Source: Chrysomallon squamiferum (Eukaryota; Animalia; Mollusca). Taken from it: a DNA stretch of 64,000 nucleotides. The DNA lies in assembly GCA_012295275.1 (NCBI GenBank), contig CM022665.1, positions 5,580,001 through 5,644,000 on the forward strand, read 5' to 3'. This document shows, piece after piece, positions 15,041 through 37,046 of this stretch; position 1 is the first letter of the stretch; every line of letters starts with the position of its first letter. Under the pieces are notes generated by a model. The model made no database searches, was not told the origin of the DNA, and was given only the letters and a program-made list of their open reading frames with translations. The position numbers and the translations under genes were made by a program.

Positions 15041-15479
15041 CTGCAGGCTCCTGAGGAACTATGGGATTACCAACGCACTGTGAATAAAGCTGTTAATACC
15101 TTGCATCATGAGGTAATACATGCTGTATTTCATTATTAAAATTATATTTCAAATAATAATAATAATAATAATAATAATATAAAGAAGAAAATGAAATAAC
15201 AAGATGTTGCAAATATAATACTGAGTCCACTGATGATAAACGAAAATATCGTAAAATTTCCAGCTTCTCAGACAAAAGAAAAATCTATGGCGGGTGTTCC
15301 AGAAATATGACGTGCAAAAGACTGGTCTTATAGAATACAAAGAGTTCAAGAAAGTCTTAAAAATGTGTGGAATCTGCTTCTCTGATGACGACCTGTATCA
15401 TCTCCTGTCCGAATTCGACAAAGATTTGGATGGCAAAATTGGCTACCAAGAGTTTTTGATCTCTTTGATAAATATGTAA
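12625..15479 (+). CDS. Short EF-hand protein (~262 aa), partial tandem paralogue of the upstream EFCAB6-like gene
   Basis: Exons 12625-12630 (ATG GAG|gtttgt), 12916-13146, 13714-13800 (GC donor), 14271-14356, 14648-14744, 15047-15112, 15264-15479 (TAA) join into an open 789-nt frame. The 87-, 86- and 216-nt exon sizes and the phases match gene 1. EF loops YDVQKTGLIEYKE and FDKDLDGKIGYQE. The 6-nt first coding exon is the least certain part. Confidence 0.82.
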
Positions 15480-16135
15480 AGCATAAAAAATATTGAATTA
15501 AATATATATATATATAACATATGCATACATAAAAATATATTTGTTTTCAGAGCTACTTTACAAATTTCTCTAAAAAAAATTTTTTTTTTTTGTTTGTTTA
15601 TCAGATTAATAAAGGCAACATTTACTCTTTATTTTTTTTAATATTTGCATGTCATTATGTATTTGTGCGCTTGAATTTCTGTGGATGTAACTGTGTGTAC
15701 ATGTTAATGAGAAAACAGTTAAATTGTGTTTTCCTGTTTATAACTTGTGCTTTACAAGTGGTTTTATTACAGATGTGGAAAAAATATAATAATTAAAGGA
15801 TAATTTGATAGCTAGGTTATGTGAAAATAAAGTGTAATTTTGACATAGCAATCAATTTATCATTAACAGTCGAAATATTTGTAAGATAACGATCGATAAT
15901 GAAAGATTAAAATTGTAAGACAGAAAAAAGGTTTTTTTTTTTTTTTTATTACCTTTGAAACAATACAAAATCAGGATTAATTATCTGGAACACGGAAAAG
16001 GAATTCAGACGTTAATTATAAGTGTCAAATATTAAATTGTAAAAATCATCTATTTACCTACTAGTATACTAAAAAAAAAAAAAAAAAAATTAAAATGGTC
16101 CAGTATTTCCAGACAATTTTTTTTTATTATTAATA

Positions 16136-16167
<32 letters not shown>

Positions 16168-16849
16168 TTAATATTTGTTAATTTAATGCACCAAAGGTGA
16201 ACAGTCCCCCAGTCATTTTCAAGTATGAGTTCCCATATTAGCCACACTGAGGTGGGGGTGTCATCATTCACCAGGTGACTCCTTGTCACTGGATTTATGG
16301 TACATTATTATTATTATTGTTATTATTATATTTTTATTATGTATTTTTTTTTTTTTTTTTTTTTTATGGTGAGGAATGATTTATCCTAACCAAAACAATA
16401 ACAATTATAATTAATGATAATAATAATAATAATATTAACAACTATAATAATAAATAAATTACATATGTAAATTTCTATTATCATATGAAACATGAAATGG
16501 ATACCAGTTTTATTTTATTTATTTATTTTTATTATTTATTTACTGACTTAATATATTTAGTATATTTTATTATTACTTACTATTTATAATATAAGAAATT
16601 TAAATAGTTTGTTCAATGCTGTTTTTGTTTGTTTTATGGGTTTTCTTTTTTTTTTTTTTCCATTTTTCTTTCACTCTTTCTTTCCTTTATATATATTTCA
16701 ATGTTCTATAATTAAATTAATTTATTTTATTAAAGATGCAATAACAATAACAATCATGATAGTAATATAGAATTTAATGTAATAAATATGACAAAAATAG
16801 TGATGAGGTGGTACACAAAAAAAATATCAACAAAATGAAATTTAACCTT

Positions 16850-16895
<46 letters not shown>

Positions 16896-17443
16896 CTGTT
16901 TCTTGTATCACATCTAAAAAAAAAAAAAAAATTAAATATTATCATTATTATGAAAGAAAACATTTATTCATAATATACAACTTCGTACAAAATTATAAGG
17001 TTTTTTTACATCTGTAAATACGTGTTTTCTCTCATGTTGCTTGTCTGTAATATCTCTGAACTGAATGAAACAAATACAGAGGTATTTAATTTGTAACCAA
17101 GCTCGTATCTCAATTTGCTCGTATATCAAATCAATTTTCCCATCTGAAATTAATTGAAATAACATTAATCCGTTCCAGCCCCCAAAAAATCACCCCATTT
17201 TAAAAAAAAAAAAAAAAAAATTTTGTAATGTGTTTTCAAATAAGAAAAATGTTTTTATAATTGACAAATATTGTATAAAAAACAAAATAAAAGGGAATCT
17301 AAAGAAATAAATTGGTTTTGTAAAGTGTATTTATCTTGGAGATCAGACAAATTATTTTAACACCTTTGGCTGGAGTTACAGTCTTTATCGACTCCTTCAG
17401 CTTCAGCATGGTACATATCGTAGAAGTACTACGCTTGTTCTAA

Positions 17444-17638
17444 CTAGCCAGTTCGACTACATGCACACCATACGCGACGTAACCTGGTGAAGTAAACGAG
17501 TGAGACGCGGGATGCTGGCCGGATGTTATGTTGTTCGTTACGCCAGCTAGCAGCGGCGCATCTAAAGCTCGCTCGTAATTCGGATTTTGGCTCACAACTC
17601 AAAGCAAATAATCTCCTGGGCGACTGCTCTTTCTTCAT
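17444..17638 (-). CDS. Candidate small orphan protein (64 aa, basic) or exon of a non-coding transcript
   Basis: Strong minus-strand acceptor ttctttcctctttttctag puts the exon start at 17646, followed by ACAAACATGA and ORF MKKEQSPRR...ACSRTG*. GC/CpG-rich island. Matching donor GTGAGT at 18529. No recognisable homology. Confidence 0.3.
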   Translation of the reverse strand: MKKEQSPRRLFALSCEPKSELRASFRCAAASWRNEQHNIRPASRVSLVYFTRLRRVWCACSRTG

Positions 17639-18130
17639 GTTTGTCACTAGAAAAAGAGGAAAGAATAATTAAAAATGAATATTCTGAAGAAAAAAGAAAA
17701 GAATAATTTCATATATCAGTAAGAAATAAATGTTATATAATTCTACGTGTTCTCAATAAATGTTTCTTTTTCTGTCTTTTGTCTTATCTAGAAAAGAAAA
17801 CATTAATATTCTGAAAAGAATGAAAAAACATATCTCTCAATATTAAACACCTTTTATTTGTATTTGTATGAGTTCTAAATCTGTAAATCTATTATGTTTC
17901 TTAACTTAAAATAATTTTTTAAAATATATATAAAAAAAAATAATAATAAAATAGAAACTGTAAGTAATATTCTAGAAAAAAAAAATAATAATACAAATTT
18001 TAATTAAAATTTTCAGAAATAAACTTTATTTGTTTATTGTTTAAATTTGCGTGATTTCTATTAGTACCTCTTTTACTACTACTACGAATTATTTTATCTT
18101 ATTTTAAGAATTTTTTATTTTATTTTAATT

Positions 18131-18164
<34 letters not shown>

Positions 18165-18218
18165 TTTATTTATTTATTTTTTTTTTTTTTATTTTTTTTT
18201 TTTTTTTTTTTCGGTTTC

Positions 18219-18249
<31 letters not shown>

Positions 18250-18274
18250 TGTTTTGACATAGAGACATTGGTAT

Positions 18275-19097
18275 AAATTTATTTGAATGTGGAAGCATCA
18301 GTTAAATCATATAATTATAATTTGAGAACTAAAGAAAGTAATTTTGGACGCAAATTTTGACCAAAATAACTGGGATCGAAATATAACGCAGAAAAATATG
18401 CCAAGTTTGAAGAAAATATTTTAAATGCCAAATTTGATGAAAACATCCTAAATGCCAAATTTGAGATATCCAGTCTTGAGGTTGAATCTGACTGCTTATA
18501 TTCGTTACCTAAAATTTAACTGTACTCACTGGATACCGAAATTTATTTGAACAGTGAGCTAACATTTCAGTTTTTTAACGGTTTTTTGTTTGAGCAGCAG
18601 AGTCGCTAAGGAAATTAGATTTTGTTGACGTCATACATATATTGCATCATCAGGTGTTTCTTCATCAAAGCTTTTCCAGCGTTTAATTAATTTAGTGTGT
18701 ATGTATGTATATATCTATCTATCTATCATCTATCTATCTGTCTATTTATACATGGATTTCTTAATTATTACTATTTTTTTAAAGATAACATTTATTATTA
18801 TTTATTCATTAATAAAATATACTTAAATACTTAAAAGATTGGTCCCATTTCCTGTCGTATATATTTATTTAAATTTGGAAGCGTCAGTGAAATCATTAAA
18901 ATCAAATTTGAGATCTAGAGAAAATAATTTGGAGGCAAATATTGACAGCTGACCAAAAAATCTGAAATCGAAATATAATGCAGAAAAGTATGTCCAGTTT
19001 GAAAAAAATATTTTAAATGCCTAATTTGAGGAAAACATCCTAAATGCCAAATTTGAGATAACCAGTCTTGAGGATGAACCTGATTAGATTGCTTATA
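18275..19097 (+). repeat. ~225-bp direct repeat pair (18275-18500 and 18861-19097)
   Basis: Shared blocks such as GAAAACATCCTAAATGCCAAATTTGAGATA.CCAGTCTTGAGG and TCGAAATATAA.GCAGAAAA; internal TAAATGCCAAATTTGA sub-repeats. Confidence 0.9.
18595..18640. promoter_or_regulatory. CRE plus X-box-like element, candidate promoter
   Basis: TGACGTCA at 18626-18633; GTCGCTAAGGAAAT at 18602-18615 loosely resembles an RFX X-box. Confidence 0.35.
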
Positions 19098-19739
19098 ATG
19101 TTCATATATTTTAGATTTAAATATTATCAGAACAGCAACAGAAACAACAACAACGCAAATATCGTTATTTTACTTTTTGTTCTTTATAATAATATATTAA
19201 TCGCCGAAAAAGAAATATTACGTTTTTATATGAATATGATCTGATTTACATATATATATATATATTTCTTTTCCTAATAAACTAATTATATTATGGTATA
19301 GAATTAAAAATTGTTAATATAAATTATTTCTCTTTCAAACATAATGGAAGACGACAAATTAAGAACTTGTACAAATGTAAACAATAAACAAATTATATTT
19401 TGAATCAGACTTTTTCTGTAATTTTTAAGATATATATATATATATAACTGTTTTGTTAATGAAATGTTTTTAAATTAATGTTTAAAAAAAAAAAAAAAAT
19501 GTTTTTGGACAATGCGAATTCAACCTTAGAGAAATTCTTCATTGTTTACACGCATATATTTGAATTTTTGTCATTGTTTTATTTTGTGTATAAAGAATGC
19601 CAACTCCATTCTTAAAATGATTGTTTAAAATACAAAATGCACAACTTTATCATAGTATTTAATGTTATTTAAGTTAGTTTTATTCTTTTTGTTTTCCTAT
19701 CTTTTGTTTTTTCATATACCACTAATATTATTGTTTAAC

Positions 19740-19923
19740 AACGGCTCGCTCAGTCCTTGTTGCCGTTCCATTCCACTTCTTATTTTGTATTTGTATTTTA
19801 TCCAATGGCTGTAGTTCATTTTGGAGTATTCCGTTTCCGGAAGGACATTCTTGTCGCTGACTTGTTCAAGTGTTTGAATTGTCACCAATATTATTTCAGG
19901 TATCGATTCCCATTTTAAAACAG
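19740..19923 (+). promoter_or_regulatory. Katanin p60 promoter / non-coding first exon
   Basis: CpG-containing patch with CCAAT (19802-19806), ETS-type TTCCGGAAG (19835-19843) and donor CAG|GTATAC at 19923/19924. The first coding exon at 21548 is preceded by an acceptor, so an upstream exon is required. Confidence 0.5.
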
Positions 19924-21548
19924 GTATACAGATTATGTTTTGCTTGTATAAAATATTATATCTTAGTATAGTTAAGGTTTCGGTTTAATTTTCTTTTGAA
20001 GCTATTAATATGTGTTTTTTAGTTACGGTGTCGTAATTAGTAAATTACTTTAAAATTTAACCGACACGGCGACAGTTCTGAGTTTGAAATCTAGGCTAAC
20101 AAGTTTAACGAGTAAACAGTATAGTCACTCTTAACTATAATATTGATTATAGAGTCACTGGTGTCTTTAAAAAAATAAAATAATAGTAAATATATATTCA
20201 TTTTTTATTATTATATATATATATAAAATAAAAATAATACAAAATAAAATAAAGTTAGACTTTTACTTAGTTTTAGTACAGGTTTAAATAATAACACCAT
20301 TTAATACTATACATTTAATTAGAAAGGGACAGCAAAAATTTAGATTTATATTTATTTTAATTTTGTTGTCAGTTAAACACAACTTCTGAATACAAACACA
20401 GAACACAAAACCAATTATTCAGATAGCTTGCTTGCTTTTTGAGACATAATATTTTGAATATTGACAGCAAAAGGAAATGTGACACAATCCTTTTTCAGCC
20501 ACTCATAGCAGACAATAACGTATTTAAGTAACATACAGCAGTAACCACATCTTCAGATGTATTTTACTACTGCCACAAAAGCAGCTTACACATTTTCAAG
20601 GTTGGAGTATGCAGTAGTCAAAAAATACCAATTCATGAAAATGGAGAAAAATACTGGTGCAATGAGGGCTTTGGATAAAACACCATTTTTTAATAGTGTG
20701 TCATTCCATTTTTAAATGAATAGTGCTGTGTGGGATTTAAAAGCCTGAAAATACTCCAAATAAAGAGCACCAGTAACAGTTTTGACAATGAATGAATGAA
20801 TGATCATTATGTTATGCTTAACCTCCCTCTGAATCTGATGTTCAGAACTAACCTTAAAAAATAAAATATTCCTGGACAAAATAAAATACTTTGATTGTTG
20901 ATATCAATCAATTTCAGCAGCAAAAAAAAAAAAAAAATGAAATCTTTTTAAGTGAATCTGAAACTCTATACATTTGCCATGTTCTGAAGTAGGTTATACA
21001 ACTTTATTGATACAAGTCTTTTTAATATCAGAATGTATCCATTTAAAAAAAAAAGTTTAAAGTTAAATGGATAAATGTATAAATGTTCATTTATTGATAG
21101 TAATAACTGACTATGCAAGATGATGCTAATTGATCTAGAAGCAAGGCTGATACCATTAATGGGAAATTGAACAAGCTTTTGAACGATACTGGAGTTGTTG
21201 TTGTAAATACATTGCAATATATTGTAATTTGAGTTTGAAGCTGATTTTTAAAGAAAAAAGTGGTTATTTTTCTCTCTTTTTTCCCTCTCATTTTTCTACA
21301 TATCATTAGAAAACTTGCATAGCATACTAAAAATAGCTGTATAACTTGTTTACATCCAGAACCTGTCACTGAATGGTTTTTGCTCTTCAGCACATAGCAT
21401 GTGCATTGCAGTGAGTGTTTAAAATGTGGGTTACAAATTCAATGAATAACTCGTAATAAAACAACACACGATTTAAGAGCAAATCTTGATCCTTATTTCC
21501 ATGCAGTTATTATTGTTATTGTTATTGTTATTGTTATTATTTTGCAGG

Positions 21549-30291
<8,743 letters not shown>

Positions 30292-31620
30292 GAAACTTTG
30301 AGAATACTACACAAGAAAAAAAAATTATGAGTGAATTTATGTTGTTATTGAATGTTCTAAAATCGTACCTGACCAATTTCTATAACAACCCCAACAATTG
30401 TCTTTATCATCTGGCAAATTTAAATCTCAGTATTATTTTATTTTAAATATTTATTTATCTTTGTTTTTCTTCTTCTGTTTTTTTTTAATTACTGTTATTG
30501 TTATCTTTTTTTTTCCCCAGCTGACTATTTTTACACTTTATTTTTAACAATCCAGAGATTGAAAACTGATCACTTTAATCCTTTCCTTATGATAAGCTGA
30601 CCCCCCCACACACACACACACACACACACATACACCCCCAGAGACTCACAGAAGAAAAAAAAATATTAATTAAGTTTTTTGATGGATAATAAACATTGTG
30701 AAATATAATTATGAAGTGAGAGGGTTAAAATTATCTTGGACCTTTTTTTTTTTTTCCACCAGCATTTCTTTTGCAGAATTTTTTTTTTTTTTTTTCTTGC
30801 ATAACAAGGGGTTGTTTCACATTAATATACTGGACAAATTGGAATAAAAGGCATTATTAATTACATTTATTTTGCACAACAGACTTGCCTCAATAGCTGA
30901 GTAGTTACCGTAGTTTGCTAGTCATTTTTTCTTCCTTTATCCTTTGCTTCATAAATTTTTATAGTTAAATGATTTTGTTCAATTTCTTTTCTTCTTGTGG
31001 TTTTTTGTTTTTTTTGTTTTGGTTTGAATGAAACCCTACCCATCAGATATTACAACACAGCATTCACTTCAGCATGCATACAAGACAAAATTAAACAAAT
31101 TTTGTTTGACACTTTTAATTATACTTGATGTTTTGTATTTGGTGGTTTGGCTTGTAGTGATTCTTAGTTTTCTGTATAGATAGAACGTTGATATAAATAT
31201 ATATTAAATTTGTTGTATACTTAAATATCAAAACCTACAATTATTCTAGATTTGTTTAGGATATAATATGTTTGGATAGACAATTTTGTGGAATGAATAT
31301 AATTTTTTTTTTTTTTTTGCTCTCGTTTTTTGTTAATGAACAAACCCAAACCAGCTAATAGCATTTAATTTAAACTATCCTCAGTTTCTGAGAGTAGTAA
31401 CTTGATTATATATGTATGCAAATATAATGCACTGAGCAGGTATACTTGAACTACTACTACTATTACTACTGTTACAACTACTACCACAACTAGTAATATT
31501 AATGGTACTTAATTACTAATTTAATAATAATTTCTCTGCTTTTTTTCTCAATTTTTAAAATTAATTTTGTTACAGATTTTGTTTTCTGTTGACCTTTATT
31601 TAAAAATATATTACAGTTGC

Positions 31621-31812
31621 AGTTTTCAGGTCTTACATTAGACTTGACTATTAAGTTCTACTGGGATATGTTAGAATATTTATTATTTAAAATTGATGAA
31701 TACCTCTTTACATAATTTGGAGAAAATTCATCTATATATATATATATACACATTTCTTTGAAACCTTTATTTCATGTAAAATTGTGTTTTTATATCAGTT
31801 AAACCACATTTA
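31621..31812 (+). repeat. ~190-bp segment duplicated at 35551-35734
   Basis: Shared TACTGGGATAT.TTAGAATATTTATTATTTAAAA...TAATTTGGAGAAAATTCATCTATATATA...GTTAAACCACATTT. Confidence 0.9.
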
Positions 31813-33827
31813 TTTTATTTACTTAAATCTGGTTTACCTAATTACTTTTTTTTTTTTTTTCATTTTTTATTTCAACAGATTTTTGCTTCTTATTTAAGTG
31901 TTTTTAATTTTCAAAACTATACATACAAATAACAACACATTTTGATAAACTTGGAAATATTATTAAAATATTCATATCATGCTGCTCAGATATATTTTTT
32001 TTCTTCTTTTGTTTTTAAAAATGTATTATAATCATTTCTTTACATCAAAGATATACTATGTATATCCCTTCCATTGTACAGTATTGCTCAGTAATTATTT
32101 TGATTAATACAAGAAATAGATTTTCCATTGTTACACTGAAATTATTTATGTACCAGTAATTATTACCCTGTAATGAACCTTTACAATTAACATGAGTTTT
32201 GTTGTTTATTTATTACTACTAGAGACAGTTTTATTGTTCAGTTTAAACTGATGATTGGTATTAAAAGAGATGGCTTTTGGTAAAAGTTTGATACTTCATG
32301 TTTCAATAGAATAAGAATGATGGGATGGATTACTAACACAAGTTTGTTGTGTGACTTGCAGCATATTATCAAATTATGCCACAATCTCTGAAACTAAGTG
32401 TTTCTGGGGTCAGTAGATTATTTAACTAGAAAACTAGATAAATATACATCATAATAAAATGAAAAGAGCGGACAATAGCTTAATGAGCTAATTCAAGATA
32501 TAATTTTTTTCAAAGGCTGTTTTCCTGCCTGGGAAGATGCACACAAATTAAAAATATATTATAATCTAATACATATTCAAGGGACAAATCCAGAATTACA
32601 GATTTTTCTTTTAAAGGTTCATTATTGTAATGTAACTTTCGACATACAAAAAAAAAAAAAAAAACAGCTGGCTAAAACAAGAGCATGTACTACTTTGTTG
32701 CAGGACTGAACATGCTATCACTTATTCTACAATCACAAACTCCATCATTTAACCATTTCAATACATATCATGAAAGGAAATTATTTTGTAAGCTTGACTG
32801 GACATGTAAGTAATAAAATATACAGCATCATCTGCAACTGGATCAATACTGCAGGAGATAAGACAGAACAAGCCTGTTAAATATTTAGTATTCTTCACTT
32901 TGCAAATGTCAGATGATAGAGAACAAAGTACTGAGAAATCAATCACTTCACTAGAAGTCTGAGATTCTTGGATTCAGTTGATGACATCATTATGTTTTAT
33001 TGATGTTTGCAAAGAATAAAGAAATATTTTTCTATTGTTTTAAAATTCCATTTATTTTAAGAAATAGGATTATACTGTTAATGTAGATAGATTAAATTAA
33101 ATTGATTGTGGTATTAATTTTCCATAATGTTAGTTAATTTAGAAAATAAATACAGTTTGAGGTTCTGGAGTCTGAAATTTTCTCCAAGTAGCCAAAATGG
33201 TGATATCTTACAGTTTTTGCATACTTTATTTCATAAGAAAGATTATTAAAAATATTATTTTACAAAATTCTGCAGAGTGTGTGTGTTAGCTGTATATAAA
33301 ATGAAATGTGTGAGTAGATTGAAATCATATTTTCAGTTTATGTCCTTGCTTTCCAAAATCCAAAACACTTCCAGTTCCAGGTACTTCATAATAAGGATGC
33401 TGCATCTGTATTGGAAAAATTCAATTACTTCAAGACCAAAAGGATTTTTTTAATTTTTAAATTTTTTTTTTTTTTTTTTTTTGACTGGACATGGCAGGAA
33501 TAAATATATTACAAAATTGCTGTATGTAGTTTTAACCAGAAAAGAACCATTCCATACCGTTTTTTCTTTTTCTGCAGTTTGTAAGTGGAAAATATGCACT
33601 GTGTTAAAACAGTGTGATATACTTCACCATTTGGTGCATCAACAATTACCTAACAGTACACTGGTTTTTAAATTCGAGTTTTCTTATGCAGATTGTCTGC
33701 AAATCAGGCAAACCATAAACAAACCACTGATTTATAAATTATTTTTACTTTTTTTTTTTTTTTTTTTAAATCAGAAAATCTCTAAATTCAGAACTGTAAC
33801 AAGTGGTTTTTCAATATTGTATTTAGA

Positions 33828-34334
33828 TAAAGCACCGAGATTTCTTTCATTGTATGTATGAATATTTTCAACAACTGTTTCATTGAAAAATCTTCAAAAC
33901 TTTTACAACTCCATTTGTTCTGTTGGTCATTGATAGCCTGCTTTATGTATCCCTTTGCTCGATAATATTTCTTCAAATAAATAAATTTGAAAATGACGAA
34001 GTATAATTTCTTTTTGCCAAAAAACAAAACAAAAATCATCAATAAAAACTGACATATTTTCTTTAGTGATCTACATATTCATTTGAGTGCAATATTCAGC
34101 TTTACTGTTAGAAGTGCATCTCATGTTGAGAAATGCCAGATCAGTTATTTCCTTTGTTGTTGTTTTTGTTTTTAAATATTTATAAATGGAAATGATGTCA
34201 CTTGTTGGGTATTGGAGACTTTTTTTTACAGTAGTTGTGTCAGACTGTTTTTTATGTGTTGAATATGTTTTTAAATGTTTATAATGAGATGTATTCAAAG
34301 AAAGACAGTTTTCTTCAGTTAGGAAGGAGTAAAT
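33828..34334 (+). repeat. Second copy of the katanin last-intron segment 29423-29943
   Basis: Direct repeat; both copies end at TTCTTCAGTTAGGAAGGAGTAAAT. Confidence 0.93.
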
Positions 34335-34875
34335 CTGTTTGTTCACACCTTATGCAAGCCACTGCTAACTTTTAATAAACAAACACAAAGACTGCATTTT
34401 TAATTCTTTATTTCCTCATATTTTAGTTTTCACATGTACCTGTGATGATGATCTTAATGCCTCGGTATAATTGCTATAATATTAATTATTTTTAATATAA
34501 AAATTATTAATATCTCAGTTTATAATGTGACAATGAGGACAATGATTTTGTGAATGAAAATGATGTATTTTTATTGTAACAAATCTGTGTTTAGTCAGGA
34601 AAAAAAAAAAAAAAAAAAAAAATACAATTAAGGAATTTTAACAAAACAACATTTAGATTCAGAGCACCTGTAAATACACAACAGTTACAAGATTAACACA
34701 TTCCAAACAATATTATTATCAGAATTCTTCCATAAAACACACTAGAATGATGAACTGAAAGAAGTGGATTGTTAAACATTTGTTTCATGAGTTTAATGTA
34801 TGATAATATACTGCTTACAAGTTAAAATGTCTGTAAAAAGTAATAATGTTTTATTTTACATCTTCATTAATCTAA

Positions 34876-34922
<47 letters not shown>

Positions 34923-36265
34923 CAACAATAATAATATATCTTATTAAAATTAATGCTTCTAATTAACTTTTTAACTTATTATTATTTTTTTTTAATTTCT
35001 TCTACAACTAAGGATTTCAAAGACTAGAGAATTTTGTTACTAGTGATTATGAAGTTTGTTTCTGAATACAATGATTATACATTATTTATTAACATTTTTC
35101 TCTATCATTCAGACAAAAGACAACGTCTTTTTCTATTTAAACATGTTCTACAGCAAACTATAATAATCTGGTTACGTTATTAATAAACATATATATCAGC
35201 TGGTATCTGCTTAAGAATATCAGTTAACATTTATGAAACATATTTTGTATATGATGGATGACTAATATTAGTCCAACATGTTTGTGAATTTCTCCCAGAG
35301 AATATCTTCATCAAAATTCATTGTTATAAAAATTAACAGATTTAGTAAAAACCAATTGCAATATGATACTGTGATTATATTTTTATTTTTCAGCCTTCCA
35401 GTTCACATCAGCTGCTGAAGATCTGCTAATTTTGATTCAGTTGAGCATTTCAAACTTTTTTTTTTAAAATGCCCTGTTTTGTATGAAACATTTAAAATAA
35501 AAATATTTAATTGATAAAACGTTAGAACAGTTAAATATATTACGGTTGCTATTTTCTGGTCTTAAAATAGGCTTGATTGTTAAGTTAAATACTGGGATAT
35601 ATTAGAATATTTATTATTTAAAACTGATAAATACCTATTTATATAATTTGGAGAAAATTCATCTATATATACATTTCTTTGAAACTTTTATTTCGTGTAA
35701 AATTGTGTTTTTATATCAGGTTAAACCACATTTATAATGATCAGAATAATTATACTCAACAATTACTTATTAAATTTAAAAGTTTGTTTTAGTTCTTTTC
35801 TATATATCTTCTCATTTACAAGTCCACTATTCACAATTCACAATCCTGAAATCTCCAAAAATATTAAACATTTGTACGAAGTGTTAATCTTACTTATGAC
35901 ATCACTTTTCTTAAAACAACATATTGCTACATATAAAATACAAATAAATACATGTATATATAAATTATAAATTATATTAATTATCAGTATATTTAGCTGA
36001 ACTGTAAACAAAAAAAAACAACAAAAAAAAAAACATTTGGGACTGCTTTGTACTTTGTACCTTTTGATATTTGTTATTCATGTGCATTTAATTAATTAAT
36101 TTATTTATTTCAGGTTCATAAAAAAAGTTTTTAAACAAATGAAACCAAGCATCACGTTTTATTTTGACATAAATAAAAGTTAAATAAAAAGTAAACAGAC
36201 AAGTAAGAAAATTACCCAGACAAGTCTTCAAGTTACAATACATGCCATCAGAAACTAAGAGATTT

Positions 36266-36298
<33 letters not shown>

Positions 36299-37046
36299 CA
36301 CAGCAATATATTAAAAAGAAAAATTCAATATTTTTTTTTAAAATCCTGTGTTTGAAACATTAAATAATTAAGAATTCTGATTTTCAGTAACATTTTAATT
36401 TGTAGTCATTTTCTGAACTGTAGAAAAGATACTAATAAGTTTTGAAAAGCTGATATGTGGTCTCCATTACTGCTAGGAGATATTCCTATCCGTAATATTC
36501 ACAAGGGAGCCAGTGTTTATTACAAGAAAAATACAAAAAAAAATTTAAAAGATTTTTAATATTTCTACTTTGGTTATTGTTATAATAAATTTAATGGTAA
36601 ATCTGCTGCTTCTTAGTTTCTAATTCTTTTTCATTTTAGACAAGCAAATACAATAACAATCCAAATAAATTTTTGGTATAAAAAAACATTTAGTCTGAAA
36701 ATATAAAGCTAATAAAGATTTCAGTTCCAACAGCATCTTTAACTAATTTCTAATACTTTTTATAGTTATAATTAAAAAAAAAAAAAAAAAATACCTGAGT
36801 TGCATATACACACCAAATCATTCTCAAATAGAAGTAAGAATATATTTTAAAATTTCACAACATTAAGCTTTCTCATTGGTTTATATAACCATTGGATGGA
36901 TTATATATGTGTAAACGTTTAACAACAAATTGCAACATTTGTATTTTGTGTTTTGTTTTTTTTAATTATAAAAAAGAAATAAAAATAATAAGGAAACTAA
37001 ATTTAACCTGATATCAACAGTTAAAGAATCATTTAAACAGAATGTT

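Noticed and set aside
17341-17650. Known structural RNA gene (U3, 7SK, RNase P/MRP, SRP, snRNA, hammerhead)
   Set aside because: None of the diagnostic conserved boxes could be found on either strand; kept only as an unexplained island and hairpin.
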